Virus record (IMG/VR): IMGVR_UViG_3300026484_000515
Span: 1,711 to 65,710 of that record
Reading direction: 5' to 3' (one strand)
Length of the DNA: 64,000 bases
DNA from: a virus
Taxonomy: Duplodnaviria; Caudoviricetes
The notes beneath the pieces were generated by a model. That model saw only the letters and a list, made by a program, of their open reading frames with translations. It had not been told where the DNA came from and searched no databases. A program made the position numbers and the translations under genes. Position 1 is the stretch's first letter. The number at the start of each line of letters is the position of its first letter. Below, piece by piece: positions 1 through 9,596 of the stretch.

Positions 1-835
1 TAGTTTGAATAGGAACAAAGGAAGCAACAGGGTCGTATTTGTTCATCCTATCTATAAACAAGATTCCAGGTTCTGCATAATTGTAATTTGATTCCATTAT
101 TTTTTGATAAAGTTCCCTTGCTTTTACAGTTTTATAAACTTTTACAGGATAACCTTTTTCTTTCCACTTCCTTATATTTCCATCCCACTCTTTTTCATAA
201 GCAGGATGATTTATATCAGGAAAAATTAATTTCCAATCTTCATCTTTTTCAACCGCTTCCATAAATTCATCATCCATTTCAATAGAAATGTTCATATTTT
301 TAAGTTTATCTTTTTCTCTTTTAGCAGAGATAAACTCTTCTATATCAGGATGCCATATTCCAAGAGAAGCAAGCATTGCACCTCTTCTATTTCCACCAGC
401 AGCTATTGTCTCACAAATAGAATTTGCTATTTCCATAAATGATACAGGTCCAGAAGATTTGGAATTTGTTGTTCTTATAACTTCACTTTTAGGTCTTAAA
501 ATAGAATAGCTCATTCCAACTCCACCACCGGATTTCATTGTTAAAGCAATTTCAGTAGCATGTTGCATTATTCCTTTCATAGAATCATCAGTTAAAGGAA
601 TAACATAACAATTTGATAAAGTTTGATTTTTTCTTTCTGTTCCAAGTGCATAAAGAACTCTACCACCCATGCAAATCTTATGTTCTTTGAAATACTTTAA
701 AAATTTATTCTTTTTTTCTTCATCATCCGAAAAAAGCGTTTTGGCTATTCTTTCATAAAATTCATCTTCTGATTCATTGTTAAAACGATACTTAAGATTC
801 CATACCTCTTTGGAAATAGGCATAAAGATGGGCAT
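1..835 (-). CDS. nrdJ: Ribonucleotide reductase, class II (adenosylcobalamin-dependent) type, N-terminal part; runs off the window edge
   Basis: Not in ORF track because truncated. Manual translation from ATG at 835 (GGAGG SD at 844-848): MPIFMPISKEVWNLKYR...GGRVLYALG...LSNCYV...SGGGVGMSYSILRP...SSGPVSFM...GGNRRGAML...WHPDIEEFI...NMNISI...AEPGILFIDRMN. These are RNR large-subunit motifs with no ATP-cone. Confidence 0.88.
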   Translation of the reverse strand, partial: MPIFMPISKEVWNLKYRFNNESEDEFYERIAKTLFSDDEEKKNKFLKYFKEHKICMGGRVLYALGTERKNQTLSNCYVIPLTDDSMKGIMQHATEIALTMKSGGGVGMSYSILRPKSEVIRTTNSKSSGPVSFMEIANSICETIAAGGNRRGAMLASLGIWHPDIEEFISAKREKDKLKNMNISIEMDDEFMEAVEKDEDWKLIFPDINHPAYEKEWDGNIRKWKEKGYPVKVYKTVKARELYQKIMESNYNYAEPGILFIDRMNKYDPVASFVPIQT

Positions 836-860
836 TTATCAAACCTCCTAAAAATTTTTG

Positions 861-1523
861 TTATTTCCAAGGTTTTCCGTTAAAAAGAGTAGTTCCCAGG
901 CAAATATTAGGATGTAAATCAGGAAAGTCAAGTAAAAATTCCAAAGTTTGATTTGACCAATTATGTTTCAATAAAATCCATCCCAGTTGACAAACTTGAG
1001 GAGAAAAAGGAAAATTACATCCTTTTATTTTCTCACATTCAGGAAATAATCCAACTAAACAAGCAAGCATTAATGAGAAAGTTGAATAAGGTTTACCATT
1101 AACAATATTGTTTACAGAAACACAATTACCAGTTGTTGAAGAAATAATTATGGGAATTCTTTTATTCTGACATTCAAAAATCTTTCCAGAATAACATGAA
1201 TCTATCAAAAGAACATATGCATTCAAATTTTCCAAAATTTTACACCAATTTATTTTTTCAAGACCTCTTTTATCTAACCAAAAACCTTTTTCCGGTTGTC
1301 CATAACCAGCTATGTAAATTATTTTTGCATAAAATCTTTTTTCTTTTATTTCTGAAATATTTTTCATTTCAAAATCATCATGAGGAAACATTCTTTCAAA
1401 AGTTTTCTTAACCAAAAGGCATGTATTTGTAGTTAATGAATCACCATAATTAAAACATAATATTTTCGCCTGCACTAAAGATACAAATCCTACGGCAATT
1501 AAAAATAATAATCCTTTTCTCAT
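861..1523 (-). CDS. Caspase-like (peptidase C14 fold) protein with N-terminal signal peptide
   Basis: Hydrophobic leader MRKGLLFLIAVGFVSLVQA; IYIAGYG (cf. YFSGHG), LLIDSCYSG (cf. IIDACHSG), IIISST, YSTFS in caspase-fold order. Confidence 0.6.
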   Translation of the reverse strand: MRKGLLFLIAVGFVSLVQAKILCFNYGDSLTTNTCLLVKKTFERMFPHDDFEMKNISEIKEKRFYAKIIYIAGYGQPEKGFWLDKRGLEKINWCKILENLNAYVLLIDSCYSGKIFECQNKRIPIIISSTTGNCVSVNNIVNGKPYSTFSLMLACLVGLFPECEKIKGCNFPFSPQVCQLGWILLKHNWSNQTLEFLLDFPDLHPNICLGTTLFNGKPWK

Positions 1524-1529
1524 GATTTG

Positions 1530-2060
1530 TCAAATAGAAATGTTTCTTATCTCATCAGGTGTAATTGTATTTAGGAAATCATCTAACAAATAAAAATCCC
1601 AAACATGTGGCTTATATATTCTCAAAATTCTCTTTGAATGTAAATTGTTTACACTTGCAAGTTTTTTAGAAATAAAAACATCTATTGCACACATAATAGG
1701 ATATCTGTCTAATTTGAAAATTAACCATCCATACTTTTTAAGAACACTTGCTTCAGATTTAAGTTTTTTAAGCCATTTTATAATTGGAAGTGATTTATCA
1801 CCTGCAATTAATCCAAAAAGATTAAACCTCTTTGTTCTTTTACATTCTATAACAAAAATATCAATCAAAGGTTTTCCTTCAGGAAGGAGGAAGGTTATAT
1901 CTCCAACCTGAGAACCAGAAATATGAGAAGCACCTCCCGATGAATGTGTTCTCCAGAAAACTAATTCTCCTTTTTTATACTTATTCTTGTCCCACCATTC
2001 AGATAAAATTTTTGCAACTTCCCGTTCAAACCCAGAACCCTTATTTTTTGGATTTTTCAT
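1530..2060 (-). CDS. Hjc-like PD-(D/E)xK Holliday junction resolvase
   Basis: KGSGFEREVAKIL...RTHSSGG...GDI...VIECKR motifs. Confidence 0.8.
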   Translation of the reverse strand: MKNPKNKGSGFEREVAKILSEWWDKNKYKKGELVFWRTHSSGGASHISGSQVGDITFLLPEGKPLIDIFVIECKRTKRFNLFGLIAGDKSLPIIKWLKKLKSEASVLKKYGWLIFKLDRYPIMCAIDVFISKKLASVNNLHSKRILRIYKPHVWDFYLLDDFLNTITPDEIRNISI

Positions 2061-2287
2061 TATTCTTCAACTATCACCTGTATCCTATTTGGATTCACGA
2101 TTATAGTTGTTGGATTTTCAACCAATTTCTGTTTTACCTTTGTTTCCCCATTTTCAACATCAAAATATGTTCTTTCCTGAATAAATTTACCTGTTATCTT
2201 CAACATTTTTATAGAAGTTCCAGGCAATACATAATCTTCCATAGAATCAACTTTTATAGGTGCATATCCATCAATCTTCACTATCAT
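2060..2287 (-). CDS. hypothetical protein
   Basis: 75-aa ORF coupled to neighbours, GGAG SD. Confidence 0.65.
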   Translation of the reverse strand: MIVKIDGYAPIKVDSMEDYVLPGTSIKMLKITGKFIQERTYFDVENGETKVKQKLVENPTTIIVNPNRIQVIVEE

Positions 2288-2292
2288 TTATC

Positions 2293-2697
2293 TTACTCCT
2301 TCATCTTTCTTCCAAGTTTTGCTGCTTTTGCTAAATCTTCAAAAAGAAGTGCCCATGCTTCCCTTTCCTCTTTCGTAAATCCTTCCTCAACGTCAAGATA
2401 CTTATCAGCTAATTTATCAAGTTTTTTAAGAAAATATCCAATAAGTTCTCTCATTTCGGGATCTTTTACACCTATATCACCAATTGCTTTTTCAATTTCC
2501 CTATGAAATTCCTCTTCTGTCAACTCTTCATTACTAACAAGTTTAGAAAGATATGTAAATGTAGCAGAAAGCTGATCTCCATATTCAGGTTTTGTCTTTA
2601 CAAGAGCATACACAACTGTTGAAAGAGCAGCAGAAACTAAATCAACATCAATGTTCTTTACTACTCCTTTTGTTTTCTTGAAAACTTGTCCCATCAT
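2293..2697 (-). CDS. hypothetical protein
   Basis: 134-aa ORF with GGAGG SD. Confidence 0.75.
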   Translation of the reverse strand: MMGQVFKKTKGVVKNIDVDLVSAALSTVVYALVKTKPEYGDQLSATFTYLSKLVSNEELTEEEFHREIEKAIGDIGVKDPEMRELIGYFLKKLDKLADKYLDVEEGFTKEEREAWALLFEDLAKAAKLGRKMKE

Positions 2698-2730
2698 ACC
2701 CTCCTTGATTATAATTTTTGCTATCTACTA

Positions 2731-3579
2731 TTAATAAGTTCTTTCTTCAAGTTTGCTTGTGTAAATAAAATATTTCTTAGATTGTATTCCTTTAGAAGAC
2801 AAATTTCTTATTTTAACAAGTTGTTCAAAATCAAGAGAACTAAAACTTTCATTTGTCAATGAATCAACAGAACCTTTACTTAAAGATTGAGCAATATTTC
2901 TTATAACTGTTTCTTCATTTGAATCTGGAATAGGTTTCAATGAAAACCAATTTTTAAATCTATCGGAATCCAATATTCCAACAAAAACAGAAAAGTAATC
3001 TTTTCTTAAAACTAAGAATATATCATCTTTAACATCAATCCACGGATTCTTTCCTTTCATTTTAAAAATGATTCTATCCGCTGAACTATAATAAAATACT
3101 ATATCTTTGAATTCAATATCTCCAAAAAGCATTCCAAGAAAAACAAAATTTGGAACATAATAATTTCTTTTTACCTGAAAAATAAGTTTAGCTTTTAAAG
3201 GTTCATTAAGTTGTTCAAATAATACATATCTTCCATTGTTAAAAAATGATGGTGCTTCCGATAATTCTTCTTGAAATTCCATCATAAAGGCATTTTTATC
3301 AATTTCAACTTCAACATCCAAAATTAACTTGTCTTCATAAACAATTTTATCTTTAATTTGAACAAATCTAAAAATTTCTTTCTCAAAATCCAAATATTTT
3401 ACATCTTGTATTCTAAAATACCTGTCAAAATGAATTCTAATTATTGAAGAACTAAAATATTTTGTTTTAAATGAACTTCCATTTTGAAACAAAAATATAT
3501 AAAATTCCTGGTCAGAATTAAATGGTGTTACAATAGGTGTTTCTCTACACCAATAACATCCACTAAAATAAACATTCAT
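2731..3579 (-). CDS. hypothetical protein
   Basis: 282-aa ORF in tightly packed minus-strand operon. Confidence 0.75.
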   Translation of the reverse strand: MNVYFSGCYWCRETPIVTPFNSDQEFYIFLFQNGSSFKTKYFSSSIIRIHFDRYFRIQDVKYLDFEKEIFRFVQIKDKIVYEDKLILDVEVEIDKNAFMMEFQEELSEAPSFFNNGRYVLFEQLNEPLKAKLIFQVKRNYYVPNFVFLGMLFGDIEFKDIVFYYSSADRIIFKMKGKNPWIDVKDDIFLVLRKDYFSVFVGILDSDRFKNWFSLKPIPDSNEETVIRNIAQSLSKGSVDSLTNESFSSLDFEQLVKIRNLSSKGIQSKKYFIYTSKLEERTY

Positions 3580-3581
3580 CT

Positions 3582-3995
3582 CTACACTATCCTTGACATT
3601 AAACTTCCAAAATGCAATTTTCTAATTGAACCATCTTTTTCGAAAAACAAATACAAATCATATCTTTTTCTTGCAATTTTGTAATCCTTTCCTTGTAAGA
3701 AATTCAATTTAGCTACACCAAGTTCTCCCCATCTTGATAGAACAACAAGATATGGAATATCTGCTTTATAAATTAAAGCAAACCGATGACTTACATGAGC
3801 AATTTGAACTTCTGAAAAATTTTCTACTTCATTTAAAGGATATTCATATAAAACACCAATTCCATAATAATTGTTGATAACCCTTAAAGGTTTAAAGGAT
3901 AAAAATACCCATTCTCCAAAGCAAAATAGATAATCCTGTTCTTCTCCTATCCGAACTATAAATGGCTTCTCAAAAATTACATCATAAGTAATCAT
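3582..3995 (-). CDS. hypothetical protein
   Basis: 137-aa ORF, overlaps upstream stop. Confidence 0.7.
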   Translation of the reverse strand: MITYDVIFEKPFIVRIGEEQDYLFCFGEWVFLSFKPLRVINNYYGIGVLYEYPLNEVENFSEVQIAHVSHRFALIYKADIPYLVVLSRWGELGVAKLNFLQGKDYKIARKRYDLYLFFEKDGSIRKLHFGSLMSRIV

Positions 3996-4261
3996 TTTAC
4001 TAAATTAACCACAAATCCTTGATTTGATATAACTAAAATTTTTTCATCATAAACATCATCATACACTTTTACTCTTATGTATATTTCAAATCCATCTTCA
4101 ACTGTATCAGGTATCCGTATTTCTAAAAGATCTCCCCATCTACTCACATCTATTCCCCTTGCTTCACATTCCTCTTTATTAACAACTTCAATTTTACTAT
4201 AAACACATCCTGTAATAATCGGTGATATGTAAACACTTTTTCCTTTTTCAACAAAATACAT
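3992..4261 (-). CDS. hypothetical protein
   Basis: 89-aa ORF, coupled to neighbours. Confidence 0.65.
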   Translation of the reverse strand: MYFVEKGKSVYISPIITGCVYSKIEVVNKEECEARGIDVSRWGDLLEIRIPDTVEDGFEIYIRVKVYDDVYDEKILVISNQGFVVNLVK

Positions 4262-5262
4262 TAATCTTCCTCAATTTTCAAACCTTTATACTCATATTTC
4301 TGTGGAACAGTATCAATTTCCATTTTTTCAAAAGTAATTAAAGCATCTTCTTGAATATTTTCTACATTAAAAGTTAATGGTTTCCAGTTAATATCCTTCA
4401 CTTGCATATCAACTTCCACAAATGAATCAAAAAACTGTTCCCATGAAAAAATTGAATTAAATTCTTCAGTAATATCCACTTTCTTTAGCTTCAACAAATT
4501 CCTTATATTTTTACCATTCCTAAAAAGATAAAACTCTCCTTTATCCTTATATTGATACATCCAGCGATCCCCATCAACATTCTTAACTTCTATTTTTATT
4601 TCTGGATTTGACAATTCTTTATCCAATACAACAGAAAAACGATTCATAATTTCAGCTGGTAAAACTAAAATTCCAGTTTCATAAGGAAAAACACTTATAA
4701 CCCAATCTGTTATTTTCGAAAAGAAATATGTCTGTTCTATCTCCTCATCATCAAAAAATAAAACAATAGGTATTTCAAGATATGTATTTCTTGAGCGTTC
4801 TTTTGAGATTAATTTCAATTTTGACATTTCTTCATCAGCTTGTTCAGCAGTTTCAAATTTTACGTATAAAAAGAATTCAGCAAAAGGTAAATTTTTACTA
4901 CTATTAGCAAAACGATCTAATTCATCAACATAAATTTCATAATCAATGGAATTTTCTATCAATTCACCTTCTAAATCATAAGTAAAAACTTTAACATTTT
5001 TATTTTTATCAAAAACAAAATGAGCAACATTTAGATCTTTCTTATCACTTCCATTATTAAAAACCATATCTAAATCATCATAAAAATCACCATCACCTAT
5101 ATAAAAACGTTCCAATTTCCAATCAATAGTTGAAATATCTACAATCCAATGTAACTTATTATTTGAAATCCATGAAAACGTAGGAATGCTTCTTCTTACT
5201 AAGAAGTCAGGAACTTTCATAGTATCCATTTCATAAAATTCTTTAAACTTAACCCAAATCAT
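4261..5262 (-). CDS. hypothetical acidic protein
   Basis: 333-aa ORF, GAGG SD. Confidence 0.75.
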   Translation of the reverse strand: MIWVKFKEFYEMDTMKVPDFLVRRSIPTFSWISNNKLHWIVDISTIDWKLERFYIGDGDFYDDLDMVFNNGSDKKDLNVAHFVFDKNKNVKVFTYDLEGELIENSIDYEIYVDELDRFANSSKNLPFAEFFLYVKFETAEQADEEMSKLKLISKERSRNTYLEIPIVLFFDDEEIEQTYFFSKITDWVISVFPYETGILVLPAEIMNRFSVVLDKELSNPEIKIEVKNVDGDRWMYQYKDKGEFYLFRNGKNIRNLLKLKKVDITEEFNSIFSWEQFFDSFVEVDMQVKDINWKPLTFNVENIQEDALITFEKMEIDTVPQKYEYKGLKIEED

Positions 5263-5269
5263 TTAAACC

Positions 5270-5863
5270 TCACACTTGAGGACCTTCTTCATCAAAAGAA
5301 TAAATTTTGTCTTTTTCATAATCATAAAATTCTACTTTAGTATTCCAATCTCTATCATAAGATAAGCAAACTTTCATATTTTCAGTTTTCCGTTTTCTAT
5401 AAGCTGGAAATCCTTTTTCATAGAAAAACCCCATTTCACCACTTTTCAAATTATAGGAAAATTTCAACACAAAGAACTTCTTATATGGATAACAAGTAAT
5501 GTAAAAATTGATTTCATCACCTTTTTTTCTTGATTCTACAATAACCATATTTAAATCCCTCATTTCTCCATCTGCTATTTCCCTAAGAGATTCCAAGGAA
5601 ATTGAAATCTTTTTCATTAACTCAACTTTATTACCACTTACAACATAAAAGATAAATTCTCCATAGCATGACAAAGAAGCAAAAACATATATTTTACCTT
5701 CACATTTATCAATGTAAACCGAAACATTATAATTATTCATTGAATCTCTATCCCACTCATAAAAGAGGTCTAAATCGTAAACTAAATTTTCACCTCTTTT
5801 TTTACATGGACGACAATTAATACAAGGTTTATCCTCAGTAACGGGCGTCATACTGGTTCCCAC
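5270..5863 (-). CDS. hypothetical protein
   Basis: 197-aa ORF with N-terminal CxxCxxC. Confidence 0.7.
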   Translation of the reverse strand: MGTSMTPVTEDKPCINCRPCKKRGENLVYDLDLFYEWDRDSMNNYNVSVYIDKCEGKIYVFASLSCYGEFIFYVVSGNKVELMKKISISLESLREIADGEMRDLNMVIVESRKKGDEINFYITCYPYKKFFVLKFSYNLKSGEMGFFYEKGFPAYRKRKTENMKVCLSYDRDWNTKVEFYDYEKDKIYSFDEEGPQV

Positions 5864-6813
5864 CCTCCAGAATTATATCCTATCATAACATAATTACCTA
5901 AAACAAAACCACCTTTCACATTCCTTACAATCACAGAACAATCATATGTTTTACCCTTCCCTGTAATCGTAAAATTGAAAGTTTTCTCAAAACCATCAAA
6001 ATCAGGAAAAACTACATCAAATTCAAACTCTCCTACTTTATCAACTAAAACATTTTCAGAATCAAAAACAACTTCCAAATCAGAAGCATGACCAGAAGCA
6101 ATAACTTTCAATCTATATCTTTTACCAGGTATAAAAATACAATTGTCTTCAACTTCCCATTCACATCCATAAATTTTAAATGTATCCACCTTAAGAGATT
6201 TTACCTGCCAATCCCATAAACAATATTCATTTTCAATTCCAACTTCAATCCACCAGTAACCATCTTCAAGTTCAAGATTCAAATTATTGTGCTGCTCCTT
6301 CACAAGTTCCCATCTGTTATTGTAAACTCTTACTACAATATCAATTATTTCCCTTCCAGGATTATCATAAGAAAGCGTTATTGAATAATGACCCTCATCA
6401 TCAACTTTGTTAATCTGAAATAAAGTTATCTCAGGAGTTAATCCTTTTACACTACCATTTTCTATATCTATTGGAAAAGTTCTTTCTATTACTTTACCAG
6501 ATTCAGGAAGAATTTCAATGAAATGTATTGTATATTTGCCAGAATAATTGTAAATATGCTCAACTATTTCTTCAGGATTTGAAGTTACATAAACATTTGG
6601 GTTATCTTTTGTAGCATAAGGGTCATCAAAATACCAGTAATAATACCTTTCTTCTCCATCATCACATTCTTCTGCACCAAACATGGATACATTTAGACGA
6701 ACTTTAGTTGCAAATTTATCCTCTATTATTTCAAAACACTCATTCCTACCATTTACCGGAATTTCATTTATAGCATATCCACCAAGAGGATATTTCTTTA
6801 CCCTTTTTGCCAT
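5848..6813 (-). CDS. PKD/Ig-like beta-sandwich protein, probable virion component
   Basis: YYYWYFDD...EHIYNYSGKYTIHF resembles the PKD motif (Y.WdFgD...h.Y..pG.Ytv); beta-rich. Confidence 0.55.
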   Translation of the reverse strand: MAKRVKKYPLGGYAINEIPVNGRNECFEIIEDKFATKVRLNVSMFGAEECDDGEERYYYWYFDDPYATKDNPNVYVTSNPEEIVEHIYNYSGKYTIHFIEILPESGKVIERTFPIDIENGSVKGLTPEITLFQINKVDDEGHYSITLSYDNPGREIIDIVVRVYNNRWELVKEQHNNLNLELEDGYWWIEVGIENEYCLWDWQVKSLKVDTFKIYGCEWEVEDNCIFIPGKRYRLKVIASGHASDLEVVFDSENVLVDKVGEFEFDVVFPDFDGFEKTFNFTITGKGKTYDCSVIVRNVKGGFVLGNYVMIGYNSGGWEPV

Positions 6814-6855
6814 TAAATAACCTCAAAGATTTTTCTCTTTTTCTATTAAAAGAAC

Positions 6856-6886
6856 TTGACAAAATTCAAACTGCATACTATAAATA
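6856..6886 (+). promoter_or_regulatory. Composite promoter: sigma70 TTGACA-N17-TATAAA overlapping a T4 late consensus TATAAATA
   Basis: TTGACA 6856-6861, TATAAATA 6879-6886, in the divergent gap upstream of 6916. Confidence 0.65.
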
Positions 6887-6915
6887 CTAATTGACTCTTC
6901 AGACGAGGAGCTAAT

Positions 6916-9372
6916 ATGCCAAAAACAAAGAATATAAAGTTAGAAATTTTACCTGAAGAATCAAAAGAATCTTTCCTTTTTAATCTTTTTCCAAATGAGC
7001 AATATGTTAAATTTCTTTTAGAAGAAGAGAATCTTTTTCTCATTTTCACCATCTTTAACAAAGACAAAGTTTCTAATATATATTACGTTTCTCCAAAAGA
7101 AATAGATGCTTTTTATCTTCAATACCTACCATATGAAGATAGACAAAGCAATGGCTATACATCTGTCCTTTATAAAACTTCCTATGTTTACAACAAAAAG
7201 TTTGTTTCCATAAGAACAGCTAAAAGAGAATGGAAATCTCTTAAAAACAGGTCAAAAATAATAGCTATTGACATAGACGAACCTTTTAAGAAAGTTGGTT
7301 CAAAACTTAAAAAGAAATTTCAGGAAATTGATAAAAACCTTTACAATTCAAGTGCTTTCATTAAAACACATGGAAAGAATGTAAGAATACTTATTTTTCT
7401 AAAAGAAGAGATAGATTTAGAAAGCAATGAATGGTCTATTTTAAAGCATTTTCTCATAAACATCATTTCTGACATAGCACCCATTGATAAAATCTCCCCA
7501 GTTTTGACTTTATGGGATACAAATGTCAAGACGCATTGGAAAAAGTTCAAAGAAAAAGGAAAAACAGATTTTCCAAAAATAGAAAAAGAATCTACTGAAT
7601 TCTGGAATTTCTCAAATGTTATACTAAAAGCATATAATGTTTCTAAACCAGACCTGAACTTTCTAAAAGAGCAAGAATATCCTTTAAACTTACCCATTCC
7701 TGAAGGATGTGAAACACTATTGAAAGAGGAAGATTTTGAAGACAACAAAAGAGAAAAAGTTTTGGAAGAGCATAGATATTACACTTCAGATACTTTTATG
7801 GAAAGATTCAAATATCATTTTGAAAGAAAATTCCCAGGATACAAATATGATATCATAAGAATGCCTTCAGGAAAAGTTTATGTTCATTGTCCTGAGTTGA
7901 AAATGAGACTCAAAAAAACTTTAACTTTTGTTTTGCAGGAAAGACCACACGAATTGAATATGCAATTTAACTTTAGAAAACTAATTTCAATCAACCACAA
8001 AGAAAAGAAAATAGTTCCACAAAAGAGAATTTCAAAACTTAAAAAATCCAATCCTTACAAGTTTACATTCATTTGTGATTCGAATATTCAAACATTAGCA
8101 TCTTTCATTTGTTGTGTTTCTGAAACTAAAGAGGAATTCTTATACCTAAAAAATCTTTGTTTGAACCTTATTAGCAATGAATTAGATAAATGGAAATTTG
8201 AAAATCTATACTACAAAAACATGAATCTTGTTGAATACAAATTTGAAAAAGAAGAAATTCTACAAGCAATAAGTAAAATGTTTGATTTCATTTGGAATCA
8301 TAACTTATACAATGAAGCAGGTGTAATTTACAATTTAATGAAAAATTATTCCCACATAATTACAAAATATCTAAATGACCCAAATAGACTTGAAAAGAAA
8401 TCTTATGTTTCTCCCAAATCTTTAACATTTTTCTTCACAAAAGTTTACTCCATGTTAGCTTATCACCACAATTTCAAATGGTATAACAGATATTACTCAA
8501 ATCATAAAGGATATCTGGTTCCAGCAAGAGAAATTTCAAAGATTGTTAATCAAGCGTTGAGAAAAGTGTATGGATTAGGTTTTAGAATTTTACTTCCAGA
8601 CGTTAAAGTTATCCTTGAAATGTTAGGAGTAGATTTTGAAATCAAAAAAGAAGGTTTTCATATCTACTTTGTTATCAAGAATTTTCCACAGTTGAAAGAA
8701 GAGGAAGTTGAAAGAAGATTAAGTAATGAAATCAAGAAGAGAATATACATCATTAAGAAGTTCTCAGATTTCAAGAAGTATTCTGTCAAAAGAGTTGTTG
8801 ATTTCTTTTCTCTCGTTTTAAAAACAGAGGGAATTATATTAGGAAGGGAAGGATGTAGTCGTCTCTTATATTCTTTTGAAGGAAAAAGATTATCAAATGA
8901 ATTAACAGAATTAGAAACAGAAATCTGGATATTATGGAATTTTAACGATTATGCTCTACCTGATTTTAATTTGATTTTTGATATGATAACAAAGAGAATG
9001 ACTACATATGAAATTGCAAGATATTTAGGAGCTAAACATTATGGTTATCTTGATTTGAATGGATTTGCAAAAGTTGTTAATATAATACAGGAGAAACTTG
9101 GAATAGAGAATAGTTTAAGAGTTAATAAAGATGAAGAAATAGATGAAAATGAGATTTATGAGATTTTTCTTGAACAATGGAAAATGAAGAAACAAGGAAA
9201 AGATAAAATTGTTGAAATCTTTAATCCATTCTTTAGTGAATTTAATCCTGGAAAAAGGGTTGAACAGAAGATAAAGAGAGGAATAAAGATTTTGAAAGAA
9301 CTTGATAAGGGGTATTTGTTATGGGTAAAAGAAGAATGGGAAAAGATGAAATCAAATGCTATGTGTGCTTGA
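6916..9372 (+). CDS. Large replication-initiator-like protein with degenerate AEP/RepB-primase N-terminal domain
   Basis: 818 aa; R...IIAIDID...SAFIKTHGKNVRILIFLKEEI...PID follows the RepB/AEP pattern; sits at the strand switch. Confidence 0.45.
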   Translation: MPKTKNIKLEILPEESKESFLFNLFPNEQYVKFLLEEENLFLIFTIFNKDKVSNIYYVSPKEIDAFYLQYLPYEDRQSNGYTSVLYKTSYVYNKKFVSIRTAKREWKSLKNRSKIIAIDIDEPFKKVGSKLKKKFQEIDKNLYNSSAFIKTHGKNVRILIFLKEEIDLESNEWSILKHFLINIISDIAPIDKISPVLTLWDTNVKTHWKKFKEKGKTDFPKIEKESTEFWNFSNVILKAYNVSKPDLNFLKEQEYPLNLPIPEGCETLLKEEDFEDNKREKVLEEHRYYTSDTFMERFKYHFERKFPGYKYDIIRMPSGKVYVHCPELKMRLKKTLTFVLQERPHELNMQFNFRKLISINHKEKKIVPQKRISKLKKSNPYKFTFICDSNIQTLASFICCVSETKEEFLYLKNLCLNLISNELDKWKFENLYYKNMNLVEYKFEKEEILQAISKMFDFIWNHNLYNEAGVIYNLMKNYSHIITKYLNDPNRLEKKSYVSPKSLTFFFTKVYSMLAYHHNFKWYNRYYSNHKGYLVPAREISKIVNQALRKVYGLGFRILLPDVKVILEMLGVDFEIKKEGFHIYFVIKNFPQLKEEEVERRLSNEIKKRIYIIKKFSDFKKYSVKRVVDFFSLVLKTEGIILGREGCSRLLYSFEGKRLSNELTELETEIWILWNFNDYALPDFNLIFDMITKRMTTYEIARYLGAKHYGYLDLNGFAKVVNIIQEKLGIENSLRVNKDEEIDENEIYEIFLEQWKMKKQGKDKIVEIFNPFFSEFNPGKRVEQKIKRGIKILKELDKGYLLWVKEEWEKMKSNAMCA

Positions 9373-9533
9373 TGTTGAAAGATTATGGTTTTAATGGAAA
9401 TGAATTTGAGGTTGAAAAAGAGAATGGAAGGTATATTTTAAAGATTAACAGGAAAGTTCCTTTATGTGTTATAGGAATGATAGAAAAGGGATTGAAAGAA
9501 GAGAAAGTGAATTTTGGTATAATGCTGGAGTAG
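9372..9533 (+). CDS. small hypothetical protein
   Basis: ATG overlapping upstream TGA (TGATG); MLKDYGFNG...; stop codon lies inside the tRNA. Confidence 0.45.
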   Translation: MLKDYGFNGNEFEVEKENGRYILKINRKVPLCVIGMIEKGLKEEKVNFGIMLE

Positions 9534-9596
9534 CTCAACTGGAAGAGCAGCGGATTTGTAATCCGCAGGTTGGGGGTTCAAATCCCCCCTCCAGCT
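9524..9596 (+). tRNA. tRNA-Thr (UGU), CCA not encoded
   Basis: Acceptor GCTGGAG/CTCCAGC, D-arm GCTC..GAGC, anticodon stem GCGGA/TCCGC with loop TTTGTAA, T-arm GGGGG-TTCAAAT-CCCCC; followed by a T run. Confidence 0.95.

Noticed and set aside
288-509. Plus-strand 73-aa ORF and the many other antisense ORFs in the track
   Set aside because: Shadow ORFs opposite well-supported genes (here nrdJ), with F/S/L-rich composition typical of antisense frames.
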